Counted from the stretch's first letter, positions 48,706-58,692 are shown. The stretch is DNA of 64,000 nt from Vicinamibacteria bacterium (GCA_963579735.1 CAUZIB010000014.1:1552-65551), one strand, 5' to 3'. Translations and numbers: made by a program. Notes: generated by a model from the letters alone, not told the origin.

Positions 48706-48740
48706 ACCGCAGACACGTTGTGAGGGGTTGATGGATAGGC

Positions 48741-49328
48741 CTACTGTATGACGATCGCGTGTCCCCGATCGATCGTGACGGAGGTCAAGCCGTATGGCAG
48801 CGGGAACGGTCGATTCACGTCGAAGCCATCCGGCAACGTCTCGGTACGCGAGTAGCTGGCCACCAACTCTCTGAGGACGGACAGTGGCACGGGTATTCCT
48901 CCCACGGAGACCGACTCCACGTTGAGTTGCCCTAGCCCGTTCTGGGCGTCGAACGTTCCCATGGCGACAACTGGCACCACCCCTCGCAAGTATCGCATCG
49001 GGTCAAACGGTCCTCGCGGAGTGGCGGCGCTGACTACGCCGAGGTCCACATCTGATTGAATTGTGATCTGCCCACCGTCGTCGAGCTGGACATGGGGCTG
49101 TGTCACCCCAACCGGTAACAGTGGAGCCGCCTGAAACTGAAGATACGCGTTGATCTCGTGCTCTTCGAGGACAACCGGCGTGTTGTCCTGGCGCTGACGC
49201 TGGTCGTTTGCTACCAGGGTCGCGATCTTCGCCTCTAGCGCCGATCCATCGGCAGGGCTCAGGTCAGACCCTGGCTGAGCTGTCGTCATCGCCACCACGA
49301 ATACGGCCACCGCTGCGTAGAGAGCCAC
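48741..49328 (-). CDS. Hypothetical membrane-anchored/secreted protein
   Basis: GTG start followed by ALYAAVAVFVVAMTTAQ. No family recognised. See the finding on the region upstream. Confidence 0.5.
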   Translation of the reverse strand: MALYAAVAVFVVAMTTAQPGSDLSPADGSALEAKIATLVANDQRQRQDNTPVVLEEHEINAYLQFQAAPLLPVGVTQPHVQLDDGGQITIQSDVDLGVVSAATPRGPFDPMRYLRGVVPVVAMGTFDAQNGLGQLNVESVSVGGIPVPLSVLRELVASYSRTETLPDGFDVNRPFPLPYGLTSVTIDRGHAIVIQ

Positions 49329-49700
49329 ACGGCGAGTGTAACGCGCGCGCCTGTCTCCCGCCCAGCACGCACGCTGGTGTCCGAGACGTCGGATGACGTT
49401 AGCCTCCCGATGTCCGTGGCGCGCGCGTCCTCTTCGGTCGGGTCAGTGCGCACGTAGAAACGCGGTGACGTCGTCGGAGGTCGGGAGCCCGTCCTGTCCC
49501 CCGAGCATTCGACACTTGAGCGAAGCCACAGCGTTGGCATAGCGCCGCACTGCTGATCCACAGGGCCCGACCGACGTTTCCGAAACGGGCGGACGGCACC
49601 GTTTTTCGGATTGCCCCACTGGTCGTCCAACGAGAAACCGCCCGACGGGCCGCCCCACGACCACCCAGCATCGGCGGTGTGTGTCGGCGCTATGAGGATA

Positions 49701-49729
49701 TTGATGTTCGCTTTTTGTTTGCATACAAT
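49701..49729 (+). promoter_or_regulatory. Candidate lexA promoter with embedded direct repeat (possible LexA operator)
   Basis: TTGATG (49701-49706), 17-nt spacer, TACAAT (49724-49729). The spacer holds GTTCGC-N5-GTTTGC (49706-49722), which is GTTC-N7-GTTT. TGCAT-ACA-ATGCA palindrome at the -10. Confidence 0.45.
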
Positions 49730-49748
49730 GCATGCGTAGCCCGGCTCG

Positions 49749-50384
49749 GTGCCGGGCATGACGTCCACGGGAGGGTCGTTGCAACCACTCACCAAGCGGC
49801 AACGGGAGATTCTGGACTTCCTCAACGAGTTCATCCAAAAACGCGGGTATGCTCCGAGCTTGGAGGAGATCGGACGACGATTCGGCCTATCGTCCCTCGC
49901 CACGGTTCACAAGCACCTCACAAACCTCCAGGAAAAGGGGTGTATCAAACGCGCCTGGAACCGAAGCCGCTCGGTCGAGCTCGTGACAACGCGCAGCGGC
50001 ACCCGGGCGGTCGATCTGCCGATGCTGGGGAACGTGGCGGCCGGCTCCCCGATTGAAGCCGTCGTGAGCGATGAGACGGTGGCCGTCCCCGAAGACTTAG
50101 TCGGCAAGCAGGATACCTACGCGCTGCGGGTGTGTGGCGATTCAATGATCGACGAACAGATCAGGGATGGCGACCTGGTGATCGTCGAAGACCGCAAGAC
50201 CGCCCAAGACGGAGAGATGGTCATCGCGCTGCTGGGTGGCACGGACGTCACGCTCAAGAAGTTCTACCGAGACAACGGCCGCATTCGCCTCCAGCCAGCC
50301 AACCAGGCCCTCCAGCCGTTGATCGTGGACGCCGCCACGGTCCGAATCCAAGGGGTTGTCGTCGGCATCGTCCGCCGATACTGA
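49749..50384 (+). CDS. lexA: LexA repressor
   Basis: LTKRQREILDFLNEFIQKRGYAPSLEEIG...ATVHKHL (wHTH). Cleavage/catalytic region VCGDSMI...TLKKF. Start is GTG 49749 or ATG 49758. Confidence 0.9.
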   Translation: MPGMTSTGGSLQPLTKRQREILDFLNEFIQKRGYAPSLEEIGRRFGLSSLATVHKHLTNLQEKGCIKRAWNRSRSVELVTTRSGTRAVDLPMLGNVAAGSPIEAVVSDETVAVPEDLVGKQDTYALRVCGDSMIDEQIRDGDLVIVEDRKTAQDGEMVIALLGGTDVTLKKFYRDNGRIRLQPANQALQPLIVDAATVRIQGVVVGIVRRY

Positions 50385-50415
50385 GCGGCCATACCCCGCC
50401 GCGCACCGCCGGGAC

Positions 50416-50482
50416 TCACACGCGCTGATTGACGCGGCTGGAGGCAACAGGAAAACTCTGTCACCGCGGCCAGCGCGTGTGA
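50416..50482. terminator. Long hairpin downstream of lexA
   Basis: TCACACGCGCTG...CAGCGCGTGTGA forms a perfect 12-bp outer stem. An inner CGCGG/CCGCG stem is also present. Starts 32 nt after the lexA stop. No T-tract. Confidence 0.4.
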
Positions 50483-50579
50483 CCGCACACCATCGATGCT
50501 GTAACGTAGGGCGGATGGTCGGCGGATTCCCGCGGCCGTATCGACGTGGAGATTCACGAGCACGAAGGGCCACCAGTAG

Positions 50580-50927
50580 ATGAACGAACGAAAACAGGTC
50601 AACTTCACGATCGTGCCGGATGAGACCGGCGATGCGTCTCGCACATACGCAAATTTTTGCGCCATCTCTCATACGCCGTTCGATTTCACCCTGACATTCT
50701 GCGAAGTCCTACCGCCCTCTGAGAAAGACGTCCGGGAGGCCGAGGGCACGCGTGTGCTGGAGGCCCCGGTGAGGGCACGTATCGTCGTTCCCATGCAATT
50801 TGTGCCCAACCTCATCACAGCGCTTGAGGAACATCTGCGGGCGTTTAGTGATCAAGCAGGGAAAGTCGCGGTCAAAGCCGGCGCGGCGCCAACGCCATCG
50901 GACGGTGGGACACCGCCTGTCCACTAG
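50580..50927 (+). CDS. DUF3467-like protein
   Basis: YANFCAISHTPFDFTLTFCEV...RIVVPMQFVPNLITALEEHL matches my recollection of DUF3467. Confidence 0.6.
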   Translation: MNERKQVNFTIVPDETGDASRTYANFCAISHTPFDFTLTFCEVLPPSEKDVREAEGTRVLEAPVRARIVVPMQFVPNLITALEEHLRAFSDQAGKVAVKAGAAPTPSDGGTPPVH

Positions 50928-50933
50928 CAACCC

Positions 50934-51593
50934 GTGGGCGGACGGCATCGCATGCAGATCGGGGGCTCTGCGAAGTCGCCGAGCACCGTTCGTAGAATCC
51001 TGGCGACCCTCCAAGAACAGCATCCAAACGCGTCTACAGAGCTGACCTTCGCGAACGCGTTTGAGCTATTGGTCGCCACTATTCTCTCCGCACAGTGCAC
51101 TGATGCCAGAGTCAATGCGGTAACGCCTGCCCTCTTCGCCCGCTATCCCGACGCGCGGGCGCTCGCGAGCGCTCGGCGAGACACGATTGAATCCCTGATC
51201 CGTTCCACCGGATTCTTTCGCTCTAAAGCCAAGTCGTTGCAGGCGATGGCATCCGTGCTGGTGAATCGGCACCACGGAGCGGTGCCGGCGGATATGGCCG
51301 ACTTGGCCAAGCTGCCCGGGGTCGGCCGCAAGACGGCCAACGTCGTGCTTGGTCACGCCATGGGCGTCGCCGGATTACCGGTCGACAGGCACGTGCTCCG
51401 AGTGGCGAATCGACTGGGACTCGCACTCGGGAGCGACCCCGTCGCCGTAGAGCACCAACTGTGTACGGCGCTGCCGGAGACGTCATGGGTCGTGGCGTCG
51501 GACACGCTGATCTTGCACGGTCGACGCGTATGCAAGCCAAGGCCTCTTTGTGACGACTGTGCGACACGGAAGACGTGCCCGTCGCGTATCTGA
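50934..51593 (+). CDS. nth: Endonuclease III
   Basis: FELLVATILSAQCTD. HhH LPGVGRKTANVVL. [4Fe-4S] CKPRPLCDDCATRKTC. An alternative ATG lies at 50952. Confidence 0.9.
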   Translation: MGGRHRMQIGGSAKSPSTVRRILATLQEQHPNASTELTFANAFELLVATILSAQCTDARVNAVTPALFARYPDARALASARRDTIESLIRSTGFFRSKAKSLQAMASVLVNRHHGAVPADMADLAKLPGVGRKTANVVLGHAMGVAGLPVDRHVLRVANRLGLALGSDPVAVEHQLCTALPETSWVVASDTLILHGRRVCKPRPLCDDCATRKTCPSRI

Positions 51594-51612
51594 CTCACCC
51601 GGGTCAAAACCG

Positions 51613-52458
51613 ATGAAGGTCGCTCAGGCCAAACGCGGTCTGGGGCAGCACTTCCTCGAATCAGCCTGGGTGCGCCGCCTTGTCCAGGTCATCGCCCCGG
51701 CGCCGGACGACACCTTCCTCGAGGTCGGGCCCGGTCGCGGCGTTTTGACGTGTGCCCTGGCGGACGCGGGCGCGCGCGTGGTGGCCGTCGAACTCGACCG
51801 CGACCTCGTCGAGCACCTCGAGGCGAAGGTCCCAGCGCGAGTCACCGTCGTCCACGCAGACTTTCTGAACACACGGATAGAAGACCTGCCCGGATTCTCA
51901 GATCTACCTCCAGGGGGACTACGAGTCGCCGGGAACCTCCCCTACAACGTCGGATCGGCGATTCTCGTCAAGCTTCTGCGTTTTAGTCGCCACCACCCGT
52001 GCGCGCGGGACGCGGTGGTTATGCTCCAGCGAGAGGTCGCGGAACGCGTTACGGCTGATCCAGGCAGCCGTGACTGGGGTGCACTGGCGGTCGTCACGAG
52101 TCTCCACGCCGAAGCGCGAATGGCGATGACCGTCCCGGCCGGGGCATTCCGACCCATGCCAAAAGTGACGTCCGCCGTGGTGAACCTTCGCTTTAGGCCC
52201 TCCCCGATTGTCATCCGAGACCAGGAGATGTTCGACCGGCTTGTCCGGACGATCTTCACTCAGCGTCGAAAGACCGCCCTCAACGCCGCCCGTCGTTTTG
52301 TGACCGACGTGACCGTCGTGTCTCCCGAAGTCGTCTTTGCGCGGGCCGCGGTCGATCCGATGGTTCGCCCCGCCAAGCTCGGATTGCCGGAACTTGCGGC
52401 GTTGTCTGACGTTATCAGCTCCTCTCCGCGGCGCCGAGCGCCAGGGGCCGTGCTATGA
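51613..52458 (+). CDS. rsmA: 16S rRNA (adenine1518/1519-N6)-dimethyltransferase
   Basis: KRGLGQHFL, EVGPGRGVLT, GNLPYNV. Confidence 0.9.
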   Translation: MKVAQAKRGLGQHFLESAWVRRLVQVIAPAPDDTFLEVGPGRGVLTCALADAGARVVAVELDRDLVEHLEAKVPARVTVVHADFLNTRIEDLPGFSDLPPGGLRVAGNLPYNVGSAILVKLLRFSRHHPCARDAVVMLQREVAERVTADPGSRDWGALAVVTSLHAEARMAMTVPAGAFRPMPKVTSAVVNLRFRPSPIVIRDQEMFDRLVRTIFTQRRKTALNAARRFVTDVTVVSPEVVFARAAVDPMVRPAKLGLPELAALSDVISSSPRRRAPGAVL

Positions 52459-52563
52459 TTTATCGATCTTCCTCCCTTGCGGGCGTTTTCCGCCGCTCGC
52501 CGACTCAGCCGGGTCACAACGAATGACTCTGAGACACCGCCACCGTTCGGCACGTCGCTTCAG

Positions 52564-54246
52564 ATGAACGCCGAGAAGACTCGACGCCCGACGCTTTCCG
52601 TCGTGCCGTTGGGCGGGCTCGGCGAGTTCGGGATGAACACGATGCTGGTGACCGCTGAATCGACATCGATCGTGATCGACGCGGGTGGCCTGTTTCCGGA
52701 CCAGAGCGGATTTGGAGTGGACCTGCTTGTCCCGGACTTGACAGACATACGAGACAACGGGACGCGCGTCTCTGCACTCGTCCTCACTCACGGGCACGAA
52801 GACCATATCGGCGGAGTGCCATATCTGTGGGACCTGCTCGATGGTCCAGTGTATGGCACTCCGATGACTCTCGGCTTGCTCGAGCCAAAGCTCGCGGAAC
52901 ACGGCATCGATCCGGGTGCCCGACTCACGCCGATTGCCCCTGGCGACACCGTTCGGGTCGACAGTCTTGACGTCGAGTTCATCCATGTCACGCACAATCT
53001 GCCCGGCTGTGTTGCCATCGCCATCCATAGTGCCATCGGCACCGTGGTGCACACCGGTGACTACAAGTTTGACCCGATGCCACAAGGCGGTCGGCCGATC
53101 GATAGCCGTCGGTTGGGGGAGCTGGGGCGGGCAGGCGTCCTTGCCTTGTTTGGTGATTCTACGAATAGCGATCGCAGGGGCGTCACCGGGTCCGAGCAAG
53201 ATGTCGCCCCAGCGTTTGAGAAAATATTCGCGCGCACCCGTGGCAAGATTCTCGTGACGACTTTCGCGTCAAGCCTCTACCGGATCCAACTGTTGGTGGA
53301 CCTAGCGGTTAAGTCTGGGCGAAAGATCGCGGTCGTCGGCCGTGGACTGACTCAAAATACCGCCATCGCCGAACGCCTGGGCCATCTGACGATTCCTCCA
53401 CACCTGAGGGTCGCGGAGGCGGATGTCGCCACCCTCGATCCGCGCACAATTCTCTGTCTTGTCACCGGTTCACAAGGTGAGCCGCGTGCGGCACTTTCCC
53501 GTATCGCCACTGACCAACATCGTCATATTCGCCTCGAGTCTGGGGATGTTGTGGTGTTTTCGGCGAGGGTCATTCCCGGGAACCAGCGGGCGATCGGGGC
53601 CCTGATGGACAATGCGACCCGTCGGGGCGCCGAAGTCGTCCACGAGGGCGACTCTCTTGTCCACGTCTCGGGTCACGCGAGCAGCGAAGAGCTCAAGCTG
53701 ATGCTTTCCTTGATCAGGCCACGGCACTTCGTGCCGATACACGGAGAGTACCGCTGTCTCGCGCAGCATGCGCGCCTCGCCACCACTGCGATGCGAGGAC
53801 ACACAGAGGTGTTTTTACTGGAGAACGGCCATCCCCTGTGTTTTGATGCGGAGGGGGCGTGGCGAGGGGAGCCCGTGCGCACCGGGCGCGTTCCGATTGA
53901 CCGGGACGGGATGGAAAAGGTTGCGAAACCCGTATTGCGGGACCGTCGTCGTCTCGCCTTGCATGGCGTTGTATTCGTTGTCATACCGGTGCAGTGCGTG
54001 GACGGAGTTCACAGAATGGTCAGAGATCCCGAAGTGGTGACCCGCGGGTTTACCGCTGACGCCAAACTCGACGCGATCCTCGAGGACCTGCCCGGAATCG
54101 TGCATACCGTTGTGGAAAAGAGCCGACCGATCCATCCTGCGGATCTCGCCACCATCGAAGAACGACTCCGAGCCGAAATCCAAGGGTTTCTCCGCCGGCG
54201 CTCCGGGCAGCGCCCGCTGGTGGTACCAGTCATCACGGAGGTGTGA
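52564..54246 (+). CDS. rnj: Ribonuclease J
   Basis: VVPLGGLGEFGMN, LTHGHEDHIGG, beta-CASP region, HVSGHAS. Confidence 0.9.
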   Translation: MNAEKTRRPTLSVVPLGGLGEFGMNTMLVTAESTSIVIDAGGLFPDQSGFGVDLLVPDLTDIRDNGTRVSALVLTHGHEDHIGGVPYLWDLLDGPVYGTPMTLGLLEPKLAEHGIDPGARLTPIAPGDTVRVDSLDVEFIHVTHNLPGCVAIAIHSAIGTVVHTGDYKFDPMPQGGRPIDSRRLGELGRAGVLALFGDSTNSDRRGVTGSEQDVAPAFEKIFARTRGKILVTTFASSLYRIQLLVDLAVKSGRKIAVVGRGLTQNTAIAERLGHLTIPPHLRVAEADVATLDPRTILCLVTGSQGEPRAALSRIATDQHRHIRLESGDVVVFSARVIPGNQRAIGALMDNATRRGAEVVHEGDSLVHVSGHASSEELKLMLSLIRPRHFVPIHGEYRCLAQHARLATTAMRGHTEVFLLENGHPLCFDAEGAWRGEPVRTGRVPIDRDGMEKVAKPVLRDRRRLALHGVVFVVIPVQCVDGVHRMVRDPEVVTRGFTADAKLDAILEDLPGIVHTVVEKSRPIHPADLATIEERLRAEIQGFLRRRSGQRPLVVPVITEV

Positions 54247-56595
54247 GTGTCAGGAGCGACCGTGTCCCGTCGGGTGAGTGAGTTTTCGGGCGTTGCACTC
54301 TTCGCGGTGGCACTCGTGTGGCTGATCGCGCTTGCGACATACGACCCAGCGGATGCCGTGTGGTACTTCAACACGGGAGGATATGCGCCGCCGGCGAACT
54401 TCGTGGGACCGGTTGGAGCATTTCTCGCCGAGGCCTCCTTTCAAGTGTCCGGCTATGCGTCCTATCTATTTCCAGTCCTCCTCGTCGTGCTGGGCTGGCA
54501 CTGTTTTTGGTGCCTTCGTATCGACGCCGCGTATACAAAAGTCGTCGGACTGTTCTTGCTTTTTACCTGCGTCGCGATGTTCATGAGCCTCGCGCTTGGC
54601 GAATTCGACGGCAACGAGTCGACGTTCCGTGCGGGCGGATATCTTGGACAGTGGCTGGCGGGAACACTGGCCGCATATCTCAATCGGACGGGTTCGATCA
54701 TCGTCATTCTGACGGTGCTTTTCTTGTCCGTGATTCTGTCGACCCAGTTTTCATTTGGCCGACTGTTCGAACAGCTTGGCCAACACGCGGATCGAGGGGC
54801 GCGCAGCGGCGTCGAGCGGTCGCGAAAGTGGTGGTCAGAATGGCGTAGGGAGCGACAACGTCAGGGAGTCCTTAAAAAGCATCTCGCACGCACCGGCGCC
54901 TCCAGCGCGCGCACTGAAGTCTTAGCCCGGAGCCATATCCCGGCGAGCGCGAGGAAAGCCAGCGTCGGACGAAAACCTCCCAACGCCGACGGCGCCGACC
55001 ACGCTGGCTCGGCCGACGTACGCCCCCCACGCGCTGCCAGTTTCGAGCCGGTGCTGCCCTTGCCGGATCCAGCAGACAAGCCACCGGCAGCGCGTCGCAC
55101 CGGGGCGTTCACGCTACCGCCGGCGGCCCTTCTGGACTCGCCAAAGCCGAGCCACAAGGTTAACGAACGCGTTGTGATGGAGAACGCAAAGACACTCGAG
55201 GCAAAATGCTCGGAGTTTTCGGTCGAAGGCTCGGTGGTGCAGATTCATCCGGGTCCGGTCGTCACGACGTTCGAGTTCAAGCCCGAGGCCGGTGTCAAAT
55301 ACAGCAAAGTGACGGGGCTCTCGGACGATCTCTGTCTCGCGATGCGCGCCGAATCGGTACTCATCGAGCGGATCCCCGGTAAGTCAACGGTTGGCATCCA
55401 GATCCCAAATAAGAATCGCGACGAGATTTCGCTGCGGGAGCTCCTCGGGTCCGAGACCTACCAACGTTCGGCGTCAAAGCTCACATTGGCGCTGGGCAGG
55501 ACGATTCACGGCGAGCCACTCGTGGCGGACCTTGCCAAGATGCCCCATCTCCTCATCGCTGGCTCCACCGGCACCGGTAAATCGGTGGGTATGAACGCGA
55601 TGCTGACGAGCATCCTGTATCGGGCGACGCCAGACGATGTGCGCCTCATTATGATCGACCCCAAACGCTTAGAGCTGGGAATGTATGAAGAGATTCCACA
55701 TCTCCTTACCCCGGTCGTCGTCGAACCGCGAAAAGCTGCCAACGCACTGAAGTGGGCGGTTCGCGAAATGGAAGACCGTTACAAGCGGCTGGCGGCCGAG
55801 GGCGTCCGGAACATCGACCAGTTCAATCGAAATGTGGGTCTCAAGCTGCAAGAGGAGGCCGCATCGGGCAAGAAACCCAGGTCGAAGGCACCCTCCGACC
55901 CGGCGGAGGAGGACGGCGAGGAGCTGCGACCGCTCCCGCACGTGGTGCTCGCCATCGATGAGCTGGCCGATCTGATGATGGTCGCCCGCAACGAGGTCGA
56001 ACAGTCGATCGCGCGTCTTGCACAGATGGCCCGGGCGGTTGGCATTCATCTGATACTGGCAACCCAGCGACCGTCTGTCGACGTCATTACCGGCCTTATC
56101 AAGGCGAATTTGCCATCACGCATCGCGTTTCGGGTTTCTTCGAAGGTAGATTCGCGGACGATTCTTGACGCGAATGGGGCCGAGCAGCTGCTTGGAAAAG
56201 GGGACATGCTCTACTTGCCTCCGGCCTCCGCGCGCTGTATTCGGCTTCACGGTCCATATATCTCTGAGCAGGAAACAGCCCGTTTGGCCAGTTTTCTCCG
56301 GAAACAAGGAAAGCCGGGCTACGACGACACAATCACCGCTGACGAGAAAAGCGTCGACGCCGTCGAGTTCGAACGGGACGATCTGTATGACCAGGCCGCT
56401 CGGATTGTCGTCGGTAACGGACAGGCCTCGATCTCCTACCTGCAGCGACGTCTACGCATAGGCTTTAGCCGTGCGGCACGACTTGTCGATATGATGGAGG
56501 CCGATGGTTTGGTCTCGGCAGGCGCGACCGGTAAACCGCGTGAGGTCCTGGTCAAGCCCGACTACTTCGAAGAGGTCGACCTCCAACCGCGTTAA
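54247..56595 (+). CDS. ftsK: DNA translocase FtsK
   Basis: N-terminal TM helices. Pro/Ala-rich linker. Walker A GSTGTGKSV. IDELADLMM. Gamma domain ISYLQRRLRIGFSRAARLVDMME. Confidence 0.9.
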   Translation: MSGATVSRRVSEFSGVALFAVALVWLIALATYDPADAVWYFNTGGYAPPANFVGPVGAFLAEASFQVSGYASYLFPVLLVVLGWHCFWCLRIDAAYTKVVGLFLLFTCVAMFMSLALGEFDGNESTFRAGGYLGQWLAGTLAAYLNRTGSIIVILTVLFLSVILSTQFSFGRLFEQLGQHADRGARSGVERSRKWWSEWRRERQRQGVLKKHLARTGASSARTEVLARSHIPASARKASVGRKPPNADGADHAGSADVRPPRAASFEPVLPLPDPADKPPAARRTGAFTLPPAALLDSPKPSHKVNERVVMENAKTLEAKCSEFSVEGSVVQIHPGPVVTTFEFKPEAGVKYSKVTGLSDDLCLAMRAESVLIERIPGKSTVGIQIPNKNRDEISLRELLGSETYQRSASKLTLALGRTIHGEPLVADLAKMPHLLIAGSTGTGKSVGMNAMLTSILYRATPDDVRLIMIDPKRLELGMYEEIPHLLTPVVVEPRKAANALKWAVREMEDRYKRLAAEGVRNIDQFNRNVGLKLQEEAASGKKPRSKAPSDPAEEDGEELRPLPHVVLAIDELADLMMVARNEVEQSIARLAQMARAVGIHLILATQRPSVDVITGLIKANLPSRIAFRVSSKVDSRTILDANGAEQLLGKGDMLYLPPASARCIRLHGPYISEQETARLASFLRKQGKPGYDDTITADEKSVDAVEFERDDLYDQAARIVVGNGQASISYLQRRLRIGFSRAARLVDMMEADGLVSAGATGKPREVLVKPDYFEEVDLQPR

Positions 56596-56694
56596 AGTCC
56601 ACAACGCAACCGGCCGATATAAGTAACGCGACGTTTGCGATATGCAGACGGCCTGAAGAACTCTTGACTCAACAACCCATGTATCAATCTGTAG

Positions 56695-58410
56695 GTGTCT
56701 GTGCCTAGCGCGACCGGAGCTTCCACCGTGGGTTCGTCCGTGCGTATCCTCGCCATCGCAACTCTGGTTCTGACGGGTCCCTCTGCACCATGGGAGGCGT
56801 GGGGTGCCGCCGATACGGCCGAGCGTCTCTATGCCACCGCATTGGCCGATGAGCGGCGGCTACGTCAGCCCGGCAGTCAACCCGGTCTGCTCACCCTCCG
56901 TGCCACCGTCTCCGACTATGAAACGGTTGTCACACGGTTTCCCGCCAGCGCGTTCGCCGAGCACGCGCTTTGGCAGGCGGCTGGGCTGGCGATGTACGCC
57001 TACGACCTGTATCGCGAGCTGCCTGACCAAGACACTACGCGCCGGTTTCTCACGAGTCTGGGCGCGAACTATCCCGAGGGCAGATTTTCGTCTCGCGTTA
57101 CCGAGGAGCTCCGTCAGCTCGATATCTTGGCGGATGTGGCGTTGGTCAAGACGGTCCAGAGAGAAGCCGACGGAGATGCCGCCCGGGTCACGATCACACT
57201 TGATCGTGAGGTGAGTTTTGACGCGCATGAGCTGGCAGACCCGGCGGTCTTCTACATTGACCTGCACTGGACGCATCCATCCGTCTCACTGCGAGATACG
57301 TCGCTCGACTTCGGAGACGATTTTGTCGTTCCGTCCATTCGGACGGGACGGTACCCGGGACATCTCACCCGGGTGGTGCTCGATACCGCCGAGGCTGACG
57401 AATGTCTGGTCGACCACGCCGACGAGCCATTTCGCATCTTGATCGAGTGCGATGCTTCTCGGGTGGTCCGGGACCGAACTGATACGCCATCGGACGGACG
57501 GCCACGCGCGACGGCGCGGTTTGTGGGCGCGGCCTTTGGGGCAGCGGTTGCGCCGCCTGCACCCGCCGACGGGGCGACGCTGACGGTCGCGGAGCCGTCG
57601 CTCACGACGCCCACGCGACTGCGCCCTATTCCCGGGCGCGCTGGCGGTCCAGAGCCGACTCGGGCGAGACGTTATTCGCTCGCCCGTCAGCTGGGGTTGG
57701 GCGTGTCGCGGGTTGTGATCGACCCTGGTCATGGCGGGCGCGATCCGGGCGCCCGGGCTGCCACGCTGAAGGAGTCCGACGTCGTGCTCGATATCGCAAA
57801 GCGTCTAGAGCGACGACTCCGCAATCTCGACCCACCTATCGATGTCGTCTTGACACGCCGGGACGATACATACATACCGCTCGAAGCACGTGCGATGGTG
57901 GCGAACCGGGCGGACGCTGACCTGTTTGTGTCAATCCACGCAAACGCCAGCGACAAGCCCTCGGTGCGAGGGATCGCAACCTATTTACTGAATTTTACGA
58001 CCGACACGCAGGCCGAAGCGACGGCCTCTCGGGAGAACGTTTCGGGACGGCGCACCATGGCAAATCTGGATGAACTGCTCGAGGCCATCGCAGTGGACAG
58101 CAAGGTGGACGAATCCCGCGCCCTCGCCCGCACCGTGCAGACAGCGATGGTGCGCTCGTTGCGGGTGGCCGACCCTGACATTCCGGACCTTGGTGTCAAG
58201 GAAGCCCCTTTTATCGTGTTGATCGGGGCTCGCATGCCGAGTATTTTGACGGAAGTATCATTCCTGACGAACGGCCAGGACGCGGCGTTGCTCGAGACCA
58301 ACACGTATCGCGAACGGATTGCGGGCGCCCTCTTCGAAGGCATCTGGCGTTACCGTCGGGAACTGAGTGGATCCAGGAGCCCGCTCGTGGCCGAGGCCGG
58401 CGGGTTTTGA
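56695..58410 (+). CDS. N-acetylmuramoyl-L-alanine amidase (AmiC-like) with YbgF/TPR-like and AMIN-like N-terminal regions
   Basis: Amidase_3 motifs VVIDPGHGGRDPGA, VSIHANA and EVSFLTN. Confidence 0.85.
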   Translation: MSVPSATGASTVGSSVRILAIATLVLTGPSAPWEAWGAADTAERLYATALADERRLRQPGSQPGLLTLRATVSDYETVVTRFPASAFAEHALWQAAGLAMYAYDLYRELPDQDTTRRFLTSLGANYPEGRFSSRVTEELRQLDILADVALVKTVQREADGDAARVTITLDREVSFDAHELADPAVFYIDLHWTHPSVSLRDTSLDFGDDFVVPSIRTGRYPGHLTRVVLDTAEADECLVDHADEPFRILIECDASRVVRDRTDTPSDGRPRATARFVGAAFGAAVAPPAPADGATLTVAEPSLTTPTRLRPIPGRAGGPEPTRARRYSLARQLGLGVSRVVIDPGHGGRDPGARAATLKESDVVLDIAKRLERRLRNLDPPIDVVLTRRDDTYIPLEARAMVANRADADLFVSIHANASDKPSVRGIATYLLNFTTDTQAEATASRENVSGRRTMANLDELLEAIAVDSKVDESRALARTVQTAMVRSLRVADPDIPDLGVKEAPFIVLIGARMPSILTEVSFLTNGQDAALLETNTYRERIAGALFEGIWRYRRELSGSRSPLVAEAGGF

Positions 58411-58455
58411 GCGTTCGGCAGAGTCCAAGCAAGCAACACCGGACCATCGGGTGAC

Positions 58456-58692
58456 TCAGAGTCCAAGCCGCGTCGCGTCGGTCGTATTCTCTGCAGACTG
58501 AGCACCGCGCCGCAATCGTCGCACGCCGATGAGGACACCGGCGAGAGCCACCCCGCAGACCACCGCCACCGCCGCCACACCCAGTACAACCGATCCGGCC
58601 CCGAGCAGCACGTCCGCAGTTGTCGTTTGTGCGGAGAGCTCACCTACCGTCTCGTAGATGGTAATGGGCTGGTTCGTAGATTGTGCGATCAC
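58456..58692 (-). CDS. Hypothetical small membrane protein
   Basis: 78 aa with one TM (LLGAGSVVLGVAAVAVVCGVALAGVLIGV) followed by RRLRR. Starts 4 nt after the pepA stop. Confidence 0.35.
   Translation of the reverse strand: MIAQSTNQPITIYETVGELSAQTTTADVLLGAGSVVLGVAAVAVVCGVALAGVLIGVRRLRRGAQSAENTTDATRLGL

Noticed and set aside
50142-50672. 176-aa minus-strand ORF overlapping lexA and the DUF3467 gene
   Set aside because: It is antisense to two recognisable genes and crosses the hairpin region. No motif was found.
58419-58468. 12-nt perfect direct repeat CAGAGTCCAAGC (58419-58430 and 58457-58468) between the amidase gene and the 78-aa ORF
   Set aside because: It is a single pair of short repeats, one copy overlapping a stop codon. 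No further structure or copies were seen, so it is likely chance or a small duplication.
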